Assembly (NCBI GenBank): GCA_023418375.1
Contig: JAEZZV010000131.1
Span: 1-60,817, forward strand
Direction of reading: 5' to 3'
DNA: 60,817 bases
Source: Actinomycetes bacterium
Lineage (GTDB): Bacteria; Actinomycetota; Actinomycetes; Actinomycetales; Cellulomonadaceae
The notes beneath the pieces were generated by a model, which was given only the letters and a program-made list of their open reading frames with translations, had not been told where the DNA came from and did not search any database. Positions within the stretch are counted from its first letter, which is position 1. Every line of letters starts with the position of its first letter. Made by a program: the position numbers and the translations under genes. This document shows, one piece after another, positions 10,062 through 19,084 of this stretch.

Positions 10062-11668
10062 GCCGGTCCTGACGCGCCCGCCGACGGCTCTCCACGGTCC
10101 CGGTCGTCGGGCGCCGAGGCGCGGCCGGCTGCGGGCACACCGGGTGGCACCAGCACCGTGTCCTGTCCGGGCACGTCGTCGTCGCCCGAGCCGCCCGGCG
10201 CGGCGGGGCTCACCGCGACGAGGTCATGGGAGAGGAGGACCAGCGCACCGGCGAGCGCGGCCGAGCCCAGGAGCCAGACCGCCATCGGCCCGGGCGCCGC
10301 CCCCTGCCACCACCACTCGCGGGTCGCGCCGAGGTTGAGCCCGGCCGCGTCCGTCCCCGCGACGTACCTGCCGATGTTGAGGTGCAGGGCCAGGGCGTTC
10401 GCCCCGCTGACGGCGAGGACGGCCAGCCAGCGCTGCGCGGGCGAGACCCGGATCCCCTCGCCGGTGAGGCGGCAGAGCGCCACGACGGCGAGGATGACCA
10501 GCAGCGGGTGGATGTAGCGCGGCTGGACGAACATGCCCACCGGGACCCCCGACAGGTACTGGATGTAGGCCGGGATCAGCCATGCGGCCAGCGCGACGAC
10601 GGCCAGGGCGACCGCCTGGCCCCGCCGGACCCCGCGCAACCCGGTCACGACGGCCGTCGCGAAGAGCCCGAACATCGCCACCCACACGATCGGCGGCATC
10701 GACGTGTCGAGCCAGCCCAGGCCCCACTTGCCGAGGGCACCCACCCACAGCTCGGGCACGTCCGTCAGCAGGTCGACGACGCGGCTCACGCTCGCGGCCT
10801 GCGCCTCGGCGCCCTCGACGGCCGACGACTGCCCCGCCATGAAGAACGACAGCGCCGAGGCGACGCCCAGGACCGCCGGGTAGACGGCGCGGACGAGGAA
10901 CTCGCGCCGCGGACGGAAGGTCACGGCGAGCGCCGCCCCCACGGCGAGGGACGCGTACAGCGCCGCGTCCGCGCGAGCCCCGGCGCCGAGCAGCACCGCG
11001 GCGCCCGCGAGGGCGCCGGAGAGCCACTGCCGCGTCCGGTCCCGCTCGGTCATGTGGACGACGAGGGCGACGAAGGTCAGGGCGGCCGACGTCATCGCCC
11101 AGCTGCTCGGGTTGATCGAGGGCACGATGAAGACCCCGAGGGGCACGAACGTGACGGCGACGGCGGCGACGAGCGCCCGGCGCAGCGGCGCCGAGGCGAG
11201 GGCGAACGCCGCCGCGACGCCGAGCACGAAGACGACGGCGTTGGCCACGCGCATGGCGAGCACGGAGCGGGACACGTCCTGCCCCACGAAGACGGACATC
11301 GCGGCGTAGAAGACCGGAGGGTAGTCACCTCCGTTGAAGTTCGCCCGCGTCGTCGGCGCGAGCTCGCCTGTGGGGTCCGTGAGCGCGGTGCCCTGGCACG
11401 CGGCGCTCATCTCGGGGTGGAACGCGTAGCAGTGGGTGTCGAGAAGGCCTTCGGGGACCAGTCGCTCGCCGTCGCGCGAGCCCGGCTCGCAGACGCCGTC
11501 GCGGTCACCGCCGGCGCACCAGATGCTGGCGAGGTGGTAGTCCTCGTCGGGCGAGGCGCCGACCGGTGACGCGAAGGCCCACATGGCCAGGGCCACGAGG
11601 ACCAGGACGGCGCCGGCCACCTGGCGGACGGCCGGCTGACGCAGCATCTGCCAGCGGCGGTCGAGCAC
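10058..11668 (-). CDS. DUF2142-type polytopic membrane protein (putative GT-C glycosyltransferase)
   Basis: N-terminal P...PDEDYH, then YPP.FY, SINPSSW and QPRY motifs; many TM segments. Confidence 0.8.
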   Translation of the reverse strand: MLDRRWQMLRQPAVRQVAGAVLVLVALAMWAFASPVGASPDEDYHLASIWCAGGDRDGVCEPGSRDGERLVPEGLLDTHCYAFHPEMSAACQGTALTDPTGELAPTTRANFNGGDYPPVFYAAMSVFVGQDVSRSVLAMRVANAVVFVLGVAAAFALASAPLRRALVAAVAVTFVPLGVFIVPSINPSSWAMTSAALTFVALVVHMTERDRTRQWLSGALAGAAVLLGAGARADAALYASLAVGAALAVTFRPRREFLVRAVYPAVLGVASALSFFMAGQSSAVEGAEAQAASVSRVVDLLTDVPELWVGALGKWGLGWLDTSMPPIVWVAMFGLFATAVVTGLRGVRRGQAVALAVVALAAWLIPAYIQYLSGVPVGMFVQPRYIHPLLVILAVVALCRLTGEGIRVSPAQRWLAVLAVSGANALALHLNIGRYVAGTDAAGLNLGATREWWWQGAAPGPMAVWLLGSAALAGALVLLSHDLVAVSPAAPGGSGDDDVPGQDTVLVPPGVPAAGRASAPDDRDRGEPSAGASGPA

Positions 11669-11740
11669 GCGAGCACGCTACCAGGAGGCACACCGCTCGG
11701 GCCGTCCGGTGCCCAGGGCCGACGTCGGTACAGTTCGGGT

Positions 11741-12478
11741 GTGCCCGACACCGCACCGCGCCTCGTGGTGATCATCCCCGCATGGAACGAGGAGACGACC
11801 ATCGCCACCGTCGTGGACGAGGTCCGGACCGCCCTCCCGCACGCGGACATCCTCGTCGTCAACGACGGCTCGACCGACGCGACGTCCGCACTGGCCCGGC
11901 ACGCGGGAGCCCGGGTGCTCGACCTCCCCGTCAACCTCGGCGTGGGCGGGGCGATGCGTGCCGGGTACCGCTTCGCACAACGGCGCGGGTACGACGCGTC
12001 CGTCCAGCTGGACGCCGACGGGCAGCACGACCCACGGGCCGTCCCGCTGCTCCTCGACCCGGTCCTGGACGGCCGTGCCGACGTGGTCATCGGCGCACGG
12101 TTCGCGGGAGTCGGCGCCTACTCCGTCGGCTGGGTGCGCAAGGTGACGATGCGCTTCCTGTCGTTCGTCCTGTCGCGGGTCTCCGGCACCTCTCTGACGG
12201 ACACCACCTCGGGCTTCAAGGCGTGCGGACGGTCGGCCATCGCACAGTTCGCCGCCGAGTACCCGGCCGAGTACCTCGGCGACACCATCGAGTCCCTGGT
12301 CATCGCCTCGCGTGCGGGGCTTCGGATCCGCCAGGTGCCGGTGGAGATGCGGCCGCGTGCGGGGGGCCGCCCCTCGCACGGTCCCGTCAGGTCCGCTGTG
12401 TTCCTGGTCCGGGCCATCCTCGCCATGCTCGTGGCGCTCACCCGCCCGGCTGCCACCGTGACCGGAGCGCCCCGATGA
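11741..12478 (+). CDS. GT2 polyprenyl-phosphate glycosyltransferase (DPM/PpgS/GacI-like)
   Basis: IIPAWNE, NDGSTD, NLGVGGAMRAG, DADGQHDP, DTTSGF, MRPRAGG. Confidence 0.9.
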   Translation: MPDTAPRLVVIIPAWNEETTIATVVDEVRTALPHADILVVNDGSTDATSALARHAGARVLDLPVNLGVGGAMRAGYRFAQRRGYDASVQLDADGQHDPRAVPLLLDPVLDGRADVVIGARFAGVGAYSVGWVRKVTMRFLSFVLSRVSGTSLTDTTSGFKACGRSAIAQFAAEYPAEYLGDTIESLVIASRAGLRIRQVPVEMRPRAGGRPSHGPVRSAVFLVRAILAMLVALTRPAATVTGAPR

Positions 12479-12870
12479 CCGGCTACGCGTTCGCGGTCGG
12501 CGCCTGCGTCGTCGTCGTCGGGGTCCTGCTGCTGCTGCTGCGGACCAGACGGATCCGGGAGAAGTACGCCGGCGTCTGGCTGGCCCTGGCCGCGGTGATC
12601 GTCGTCCTGGCGGTCTTCCCGGACCTCGCGACCAGCCTCGCCCGGCTCGTCGGCGTGACGACCCCGGTCAACCTGCTCTTCGCGACGGCGTTCGTCGTGC
12701 TTCTCGTGGTGTGCATCCACCTGTCGACCGAGCTGTCCCGCGTGGAGGAGACGACGCGGACCGTCGCGGAGGAGGTGGCGCTCCTGCGTCTCGACGTCGA
12801 GGAGCACTGGTCGGCGCCGGACGAGCCGCCCGCCGATCAGGAGCGCGGCGAGTCCACGTCGACCGACTGA
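12475..12870 (+). CDS. DUF2304 small membrane protein (Rv3632/GacJ-like)
   Basis: RRIREKYA..W, FP....LARLVGV..PVNLLF, C-terminal coiled coil; ATGA overlap with the GT2. Confidence 0.85.
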   Translation: MTGYAFAVGACVVVVGVLLLLLRTRRIREKYAGVWLALAAVIVVLAVFPDLATSLARLVGVTTPVNLLFATAFVVLLVVCIHLSTELSRVEETTRTVAEEVALLRLDVEEHWSAPDEPPADQERGESTSTD

Positions 12871-12927
12871 GCCCTCCGGGTCGGCCGTCGCGCTATGTCG
12901 GCGTCGGTCGTCGGTGCCTGGCGCCCC

Positions 12928-13773
12928 TCAGCCCAGCACGTCCGCCGCCGCCAGGGCCCACCGCTCGTCCCAGGGCCCGATGGGCTCCACCCCTGCCGCC
13001 GTCAGGCTCCCATGGCTCAGGACGGAGAACGCCGGTCGCTGCGCGAGGGCACCGAAGGCCGCCGTGGTCGTGGGCTGGACGACCGACGCGTCGAGCCCAG
13101 CGGAGACGACCACCGCGCGCGCGAAGTCGAACCACGACGTCAGGCCCCCGGACGTGCCGTGGTAGGTGCCCGCGGGCGCCTCCCGTGCGACGAGCCGCAG
13201 GATGAGGTCGGACAGGTCGACGGTCCACGTCGGCTGGCCGACCTGGTCGTCGATCACCTGGACCGAACCGCGCTCGCGGGCAACGCGGGCGATCGTCGAC
13301 GGGAAGCTGCGCCCGTGGGCGCCGTACAGCCACGCGGTCCGCACGACCAGGTGGTCGGGGCACTCGGCCCGGACCGCCCACTCGCCCGCGAGCTTCGTGC
13401 GCCCGTACGCCGACTGCGGGGCGACGGGGGCGTCCTCGGCGTAGGGCACCTGCTCCGCACCGCGGAACACGTAGTCCGTCGAGACCTGCACCATGCGGGC
13501 CCGCGCGCGGTGGGCGGCGCGGGCCAGGTGCCCGGCGCCGACGGCGTTCACCGCAAAGGCTGCCGGCTCGTCGCCCTCGGCCGCGTCGACCGCCGTGTAG
13601 GCGGCGCAGTTCACCACGACGTCATGGCCCGTCACCGCCTCGTGGCACGCCGCCGCGTCGGTGATGTCGACGGTGTCGCGGTCCACGCCCGTCACCTCGT
13701 GGCCCTGCGCCGACAGCATCGTCGTCAGGTCGCGCCCGAGCATGCCGTTCGACCCCACCACGATCCAACGCAC
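12928..13773 (-). CDS. rfbD: dTDP-4-dehydrorhamnose reductase
   Basis: G.NGMLG, NCAAYTAVDAAE, STDYVF, YGRTKLAGE, RTAWLYG, DDQVGQPT. Confidence 0.95.
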   Translation of the reverse strand: MRWIVVGSNGMLGRDLTTMLSAQGHEVTGVDRDTVDITDAAACHEAVTGHDVVVNCAAYTAVDAAEGDEPAAFAVNAVGAGHLARAAHRARARMVQVSTDYVFRGAEQVPYAEDAPVAPQSAYGRTKLAGEWAVRAECPDHLVVRTAWLYGAHGRSFPSTIARVARERGSVQVIDDQVGQPTWTVDLSDLILRLVAREAPAGTYHGTSGGLTSWFDFARAVVVSAGLDASVVQPTTTAAFGALAQRPAFSVLSHGSLTAAGVEPIGPWDERWALAAADVLG

Positions 13774-13847
13774 CGCTGCCCTCCTCCGACGACGTCCGGT
13801 CGAGAATAGCGGGCCGCTAGAGTGACGCACCGACGAGAGGATGCCGG

Positions 13848-14462
13848 ATGCCGTTCCGCGAGCTTGCCATCCCGGGGGCGTGGGAGTTCACCCCGACGCA
13901 GCACGGGGATCCCCGGGGAGTCTTCCTGGAGTTCTTCCAGGGCGAGCCGTTCCGGGAGACCGTCGGCCACCCGTTCGGCCTTGCGCAGGGCAACTGCTCC
14001 GTGTCCGCGGCGGGCGTCCTCCGGGGCATCCACTTCGCGGACGTACCACCGGGCCAGGCCAAGTACGTGACGTGCGCGAAGGGCGCGGTCTGGGACGTCG
14101 CCGTCGACCTGCGCGTCGGCTCCCCGACCTTCGGCCAGTGGGACGCCGTCCTTCTCGACGACGTCGACCGACGCGCGATCTACCTCTCGGAGGGCCTCGG
14201 CCACGCGTTCATGTCGCTCGAGGACGACTCCACGGTCCTCTACCTCTGCTCGACCCCGTACGCGCCGGGCCGGGAGCACGGCGTCCACCCGCTCGACCCG
14301 ACCATCGGGATCACCTGGCCCACGCACGGCCGGGACGGGAGCCCACTCACCCCGTCCCTCTCAGCCAAGGACGAGGTGGCGCCCACGCTCGCCCAGGCGC
14401 TGACGAGCGGCCTGCTGCCGACCGACGAGGCGGTCGCCCAGCTCCGGCGCACGCTGGGCTGA
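13848..14462 (+). CDS. rfbC: dTDP-4-dehydrorhamnose 3,5-epimerase
   Basis: D.RG.F.E, GVLRGIHF, GQAKYV, VDLRVGSPTFG.W, GLGHAF. Confidence 0.95.
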   Translation: MPFRELAIPGAWEFTPTQHGDPRGVFLEFFQGEPFRETVGHPFGLAQGNCSVSAAGVLRGIHFADVPPGQAKYVTCAKGAVWDVAVDLRVGSPTFGQWDAVLLDDVDRRAIYLSEGLGHAFMSLEDDSTVLYLCSTPYAPGREHGVHPLDPTIGITWPTHGRDGSPLTPSLSAKDEVAPTLAQALTSGLLPTDEAVAQLRRTLG

Positions 14463-14480
14463 GCGGGAGGTCCGCGCCGG

Positions 14481-15629
14481 TCAGCCCGGGCGACGCAGAC
14501 CCCGACGCGGTCCGACGCGACGGGCGCGCTCGTACGCGTCGACGTGCCGCTCGGCCGCCGCGGTCCACGTGAAGCCCTGCGCCCGCTGCAGGGCCGCCTC
14601 GCGGAGCCCGGCCCGCCGCTCGGGCGCGTCGAGGAGGTCGGCGAGCGCGTCTGCGATGTCGTCCTCCGACGTGCCGCAGTAGGCGACCGCATCCCCGCCC
14701 ACCTCCGGCAACGACAGCTCGCGCGTGGTGAGCACCGCCGCTCCGCAGGCCATCGCCTCGAGCACCGGCAGGCCGAAGCCCTCGCCGAGGCTCGGGTACG
14801 CGACGACCTCGGCGCCCGCGAGCAGCGGCGCGAGATCGGCCAGCGGGAGGTACCCGGGCCGCACGAGGCGCAGGTCGGCTGGAACGGCGCTCACGACGCC
14901 GTCGAGCTCCTCGTCCCACCCCCGGGCGCCCGCGAGGACGAGGGCCGGTGCGTCCGCACGGCCGGTGGCGACCCGCACCCAGGCGCGGACGAGGGCCGGG
15001 ACGTTCTTGCGTGGCTCGAGGGTTCCGAGGAAGGCGACGTAGCCACCGTCGAGCCCCAGCTCCCGGCGCACGCGCGAGACGTCCGCCACCGACGCCGGGC
15101 GGAAGACCGTGGTGTCGACGCCGTGGTGCGCCACCACGAACGCGCGGGGGTCCGCGCCGACGTAGCGCGTGACCTCGCGCGCGGTGGCGTCCGACGGGGT
15201 GACGAGCACCGCCGCCGACCGCGCCGCCAGCCGGGTCCAGGTCCGGAAGAAGCGACGTTTGACGGGCAGGTGGACCTCGGGATGGCTGAAGAAGGTCGCG
15301 TCGTGCACCGTGACGACGACGGGGACCGGCGCCGCGAGCGGAAACGTGTAGTGCGGCGAGTGGAGCACGTCCGCCCGTGTGCGCCGGGCCAGGAGGGGAA
15401 GACCGGTCTGCTCCCAGGCGAGCCGGGCGGGCCGGCGTCCGACCGGGCCGGGAGCGGCGACGACCTCCGCGCCGGGGAGCAGGGCGGACGTCGCGGGCGC
15501 GTCCCTCACCTGGGCCGCGACCACGAGGTCGACGCCGAGCCCCGCGATCGCCGGCAGGACGGAGTCGAGGTAGCGGCCGACGCCTCCCCGGTCGGCAGGG
15601 ATCGCGGTCGCGTCGACGAGCACTCGCAC
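14481..15629 (-). CDS. Glycosyltransferase family 4
   Basis: GGVGRY, VTVHD, GTLEPRKN, EGFGLPVLEAMACG, FTW. Confidence 0.92.
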   Translation of the reverse strand: MRVLVDATAIPADRGGVGRYLDSVLPAIAGLGVDLVVAAQVRDAPATSALLPGAEVVAAPGPVGRRPARLAWEQTGLPLLARRTRADVLHSPHYTFPLAAPVPVVVTVHDATFFSHPEVHLPVKRRFFRTWTRLAARSAAVLVTPSDATAREVTRYVGADPRAFVVAHHGVDTTVFRPASVADVSRVRRELGLDGGYVAFLGTLEPRKNVPALVRAWVRVATGRADAPALVLAGARGWDEELDGVVSAVPADLRLVRPGYLPLADLAPLLAGAEVVAYPSLGEGFGLPVLEAMACGAAVLTTRELSLPEVGGDAVAYCGTSEDDIADALADLLDAPERRAGLREAALQRAQGFTWTAAAERHVDAYERARRVGPRRGLRRPG

Positions 15630-15670
15630 GGGCCGATGCTACGGGCAGGGCGAGCGCCTCCGTACCGCGG

Positions 15671-15720
15671 GCGCCGGACGCCCGGTGCCGGACGCCCGGT
15701 GCCGGGTCGCCGGCGCCGGG
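15671..15720. repeat. Degenerate intergenic 7/14-bp tandem repeat (gccggacgcccggt-like)
   Basis: gcgccggacgcccggtgccggacgcccggtgccgggtcgccggcgccggg between two genes. Confidence 0.55.
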
Positions 15721-15731
15721 CGGCGTTCCGG

Positions 15732-17786
15732 TCAGCGGAACGTGAGCGGGGTGTCCCCGGCCGTGCCGAAACGGAACCAGCCTTCGGCGACCCCACGGTC
15801 GAAGTAGTTGGTGAGGTACCACATGCCACCCCGGAAGACTCCGAGGGTGTCGGTGCCGTCGCGGTTCCAGTCGCCGACCATGGGCCGGTCGCCGGGCGAG
15901 CCGAAGCGGAAGACGCCCTCGGCGATGCCCGTCTCCGGGCGGTTCGTCAGGTACCACCAGCCGCCGCGGAAGACGCCCACCGTGTCGATGTCGTTGTTGT
16001 CCCAGTCCCCGACCACCGGGATGTCGCCCGCCTGGCCGTAGCGGTACGCGACGTCGCCGGGGCCGGACGTGTTGGAGCTGCGCAGATACCACATACCCCG
16101 GCGGAAGACACCGAGCGTGTCGACGCCGTCGCCGTCCCAGTCGCCGACGACCGGGACGTCGCCCGGGGAGCCGAACACCGCGACGACGTCGCCGGCCCCC
16201 GAGGTGTTCGAGTTGCGCAGGAACCAGGTCCCGTCGCGGAACACGCCGGCCGTCTTGGTCCCGTTGCCGTCCCAGTCACCCATGACGACGTGGTCCCCGG
16301 GGTTGCCGAACGCGAAGAAGTGGTCCGCAGGACCGTCCGTGTAGCTGCTCCGGAAGTAGAACCTGCCGTCGCGGGTGAGTGCCGGGGAGTCCACCGGCAG
16401 CGGTCCCCCGTTGCTGCCGCTCGGTGGCGTCGTCGGCGCCGGCGCGCCGACGCGCAGCTGCGCCGTCGCGCCCACGCCCGCCACGGTGACGATCGTCGAC
16501 GTCGACGGAACGGCCCAGGACGCGCCCGCGGGCAGTGCGGGCGCCGCGAACGCCTGCGCCGGCGCCATGTCGAGCAGGTAGCTGCGCGGGATGCCGAAGC
16601 CGTCGGTCGTCCGCAGGTGCACCTGGACGCCCGCCCAGGCCGGCTTGCGCTGGTCGCGGCCGGCGCTCGGACGGTAGTCGACGAAGACGTCGCCACCGGA
16701 GATCGGGACCCGGACACCCCGCAGGGCGGAGACACTGCTCAGGGGCGCGATGTCGATCGCCTGCTGGACGGTCCCCTCGGTGACGGTCTGCACGCTCGCG
16801 AAGCCCAGGGACTCCGCGAGCGCCGTGTTGAGACTGCCCGTCGTCCCGTTGAGGAAGGCGACCCCCATCACGTCGGCGTGGTCGCCGTACTCGTCGACGG
16901 AACAGCCGGACCAGGGCACCGTGAGCTGGACCCGCTGCCCGGACGCCGTGCACGTGAGCTTGGAGGCATGCCCCAGGCCGAAGTTGTGCCCGAGCTCGTG
17001 CGCGAAGACGTCGGGAGCTGCGTCCCCGTTCACCCAGACCTTGCCGTAGCCCCCGACGGTCGCGCGGCCTGCCCACCCGCCGCATGCAGCCCACTTCGGG
17101 AAGTACACGACGACGTGCCGCAGGTCGCTCGACCCGGCGACGCCGTGTGCGGCGAGCGCGTCGTTGAAGAGCGTGTTGAGCCCGGCGTCGGTGCAGGCCG
17201 ACGGCGCAGGCACGGTGCGGTAGTCGCGCACGTCGACCGAGCCGAACGCGATCCGGCCGGCGGACTGCTCGTACCAGTAGTCCGCCGAGGTCTGGGCGAC
17301 CGACCGCAGCGTGGCCGTCGAAGCGGCCGTTGAAGGGGCCGTGGCATTCGTCCACTTCACCGGGAGCACGGTCAGCGTGTGCGCCCCGGCGACCTGGCCC
17401 TCGGCGGTCCCCGACGCGGCCGGATCGACGAGCGTGACGTCGGTCACGTCCACGGCAGGCGCCGGAGCGTTCAGCTCGGCGAGCGCCTCCTCGGTCCCGA
17501 GGCCGTTCGCGTCGAGCTCGAGGCGCACCTCCGAGCCGCTCGGCGCCTCGGGCACGACCTCCTCCGGCAGTGCGTACAGCATCCCGTCGACCTCGACCGC
17601 GCTCGTGACCAGCAGGTCGGGCGCGCCGGGCTCGGTGGAGTCGGTGATCACGTGCTGCAGGGTCCCGTCGACCACGACGTCGTCCGCGCCGTCGACCTGG
17701 GCGACGGCCGGGGCGGCGAAGGTGCAGGCCACAGCGAGCCCCGCGAGGGTGCTCACCTGTCGCCTCAAGGTCGAACGCTTCATCAC
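15732..17786 (-). CDS. Secreted zinc metallopeptidase (metzincin, M11/M6-like) with C-terminal 45-aa GDWDGDG repeats
   Basis: Signal peptide; HELGHNFGLGH zinc motif; EYGD..DVMG Met-turn; five tandem 45-aa repeats. Confidence 0.85.
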   Translation of the reverse strand: MMKRSTLRRQVSTLAGLAVACTFAAPAVAQVDGADDVVVDGTLQHVITDSTEPGAPDLLVTSAVEVDGMLYALPEEVVPEAPSGSEVRLELDANGLGTEEALAELNAPAPAVDVTDVTLVDPAASGTAEGQVAGAHTLTVLPVKWTNATAPSTAASTATLRSVAQTSADYWYEQSAGRIAFGSVDVRDYRTVPAPSACTDAGLNTLFNDALAAHGVAGSSDLRHVVVYFPKWAACGGWAGRATVGGYGKVWVNGDAAPDVFAHELGHNFGLGHASKLTCTASGQRVQLTVPWSGCSVDEYGDHADVMGVAFLNGTTGSLNTALAESLGFASVQTVTEGTVQQAIDIAPLSSVSALRGVRVPISGGDVFVDYRPSAGRDQRKPAWAGVQVHLRTTDGFGIPRSYLLDMAPAQAFAAPALPAGASWAVPSTSTIVTVAGVGATAQLRVGAPAPTTPPSGSNGGPLPVDSPALTRDGRFYFRSSYTDGPADHFFAFGNPGDHVVMGDWDGNGTKTAGVFRDGTWFLRNSNTSGAGDVVAVFGSPGDVPVVGDWDGDGVDTLGVFRRGMWYLRSSNTSGPGDVAYRYGQAGDIPVVGDWDNNDIDTVGVFRGGWWYLTNRPETGIAEGVFRFGSPGDRPMVGDWNRDGTDTLGVFRGGMWYLTNYFDRGVAEGWFRFGTAGDTPLTFR

Positions 17787-17914
17787 CTAGCACCTCATCT
17801 GTTGCCGGGAGCGGGAGTCACCGGGTTAATCGGCACCATGCGCCGGAGGCTTGAGCCTGACGTCCGGTCCACCCCATGACCAGCCGAGCGGCGCCCGCCC
17901 AGTACGATCGACCG

Positions 17915-19042
17915 GTGAGCGACGCGCCTTCCGTTGCCGTCGCCATGACGGTGGAGCAGCTGTGGCAGCCCGTCCCCGGCGGCTCGGGCACCTACGTCAA
18001 AGAGCTCGCCCGGGCCCTGCTCACGCGGTCGGACACCGACCTCGTGGGCGTGACCGCCCGGCACGCCGCGCAGCCCATCGGCGACTGGGCACCCCCGACA
18101 GGGCTGCGCGTCGTTGCCTCGCGACTCCCGCGGCCGCTGCTCTACGAGACCTGGACGCGCCTGCGCGGCCCACGCCTGCCGCTCGGCGACAGCCCACGGC
18201 GGGTGGTGCACGCGACCACCTGGGCCGTCCCGCCGGTCCGACCCCCGCACGCGCTCGTCGTCACGGTGCACGACCTCGCCTTCCTGCGGGATCCCGGGCA
18301 CTTCACGCGGCGTGGCAACGGCTTCTTCCGGCGTGCGCTCGCCGTGGTCCGCGAGGAGGCCGACGCGATCATCGCCGTCTCGTCGACGACGCGTGACGAC
18401 TGCCTGGCCGCCGGCCTCGCCCCCGAGCGCGTCCACGTGGTCCCCAACGGGGTGGCCGTGCCGCCGACGCCGCCCGAACGTGTCGCCGAGCTGCGGCAGC
18501 GTCTCGGCCTCCGGCGCCCGTACGTGCTGTGGTGCGGCACGCTCGAGCCGCGCAAGAACGTGCCCGGCCTGCTGCGCGCCTTCGCCCATGTGGTCCAGGA
18601 CCACGACGTGGATCTGGTCCTCGCCGGCCCGACGGGGTGGGGAGCAGCCACCGACGTGGTCGCTGCCCTTCGCGAGCTCCCCGAGGACCGCGTGCACCGC
18701 GTCGGGCCGCTCGCGCACGCGGACCTCCACGCGGCGTACGCCGGGGCCGCCGCGTTCTGCTTCCCCTCGTTCTGGGAGGGCTTCGGGCTGCCGGTCCTCG
18801 AGGCGATGGCGCACGGCGTTCCCGTCGTCACGTCCGCAGGCACCTCGACCGCCGAGATCGGCGCGGGCGGTGGCGCCGTCCTCGTGGATCCTCGGGATGC
18901 GGGCTCCATCGCTGAGGGCCTGCACCGCGCTCTGAGCTCCGACGAGTCCGCGGCGGCCGTGGCCCGCCGGCACGCCGCCACCTACTCCTGGGCGCGCTGC
19001 GCCGAGGAGACGACGGCGGTCTACCGCTCCGTCATGCAGTGA
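17915..19042 (+). CDS. Glycosyltransferase family 4
   Basis: PGGSGTY, VTVHDLAF, GTLEPRKN, EGFGLPVLEAM. GTG start lies 6 nt after TACGAT. Confidence 0.92.
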   Translation: MSDAPSVAVAMTVEQLWQPVPGGSGTYVKELARALLTRSDTDLVGVTARHAAQPIGDWAPPTGLRVVASRLPRPLLYETWTRLRGPRLPLGDSPRRVVHATTWAVPPVRPPHALVVTVHDLAFLRDPGHFTRRGNGFFRRALAVVREEADAIIAVSSTTRDDCLAAGLAPERVHVVPNGVAVPPTPPERVAELRQRLGLRRPYVLWCGTLEPRKNVPGLLRAFAHVVQDHDVDLVLAGPTGWGAATDVVAALRELPEDRVHRVGPLAHADLHAAYAGAAAFCFPSFWEGFGLPVLEAMAHGVPVVTSAGTSTAEIGAGGGAVLVDPRDAGSIAEGLHRALSSDESAAAVARRHAATYSWARCAEETTAVYRSVMQ

Positions 19043-19084
19043 CACGGCGGTGCGGGCCCGGGACGACGGCCCCGCTGCCGTGCC

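Noticed and set aside
15735..16387. Regularly spaced DNA repeats as a CRISPR or DGR-like array
   Set aside because: They are in-frame, diverged protein repeats; no reverse transcriptase or template/variable repeat pair was seen.
14544..17333. 929-aa plus-strand ORF
   Set aside because: Antisense shadow of the GT4 and metalloprotease genes; Arg/Gly/Ala-rich with no motifs, as expected in high-GC DNA.
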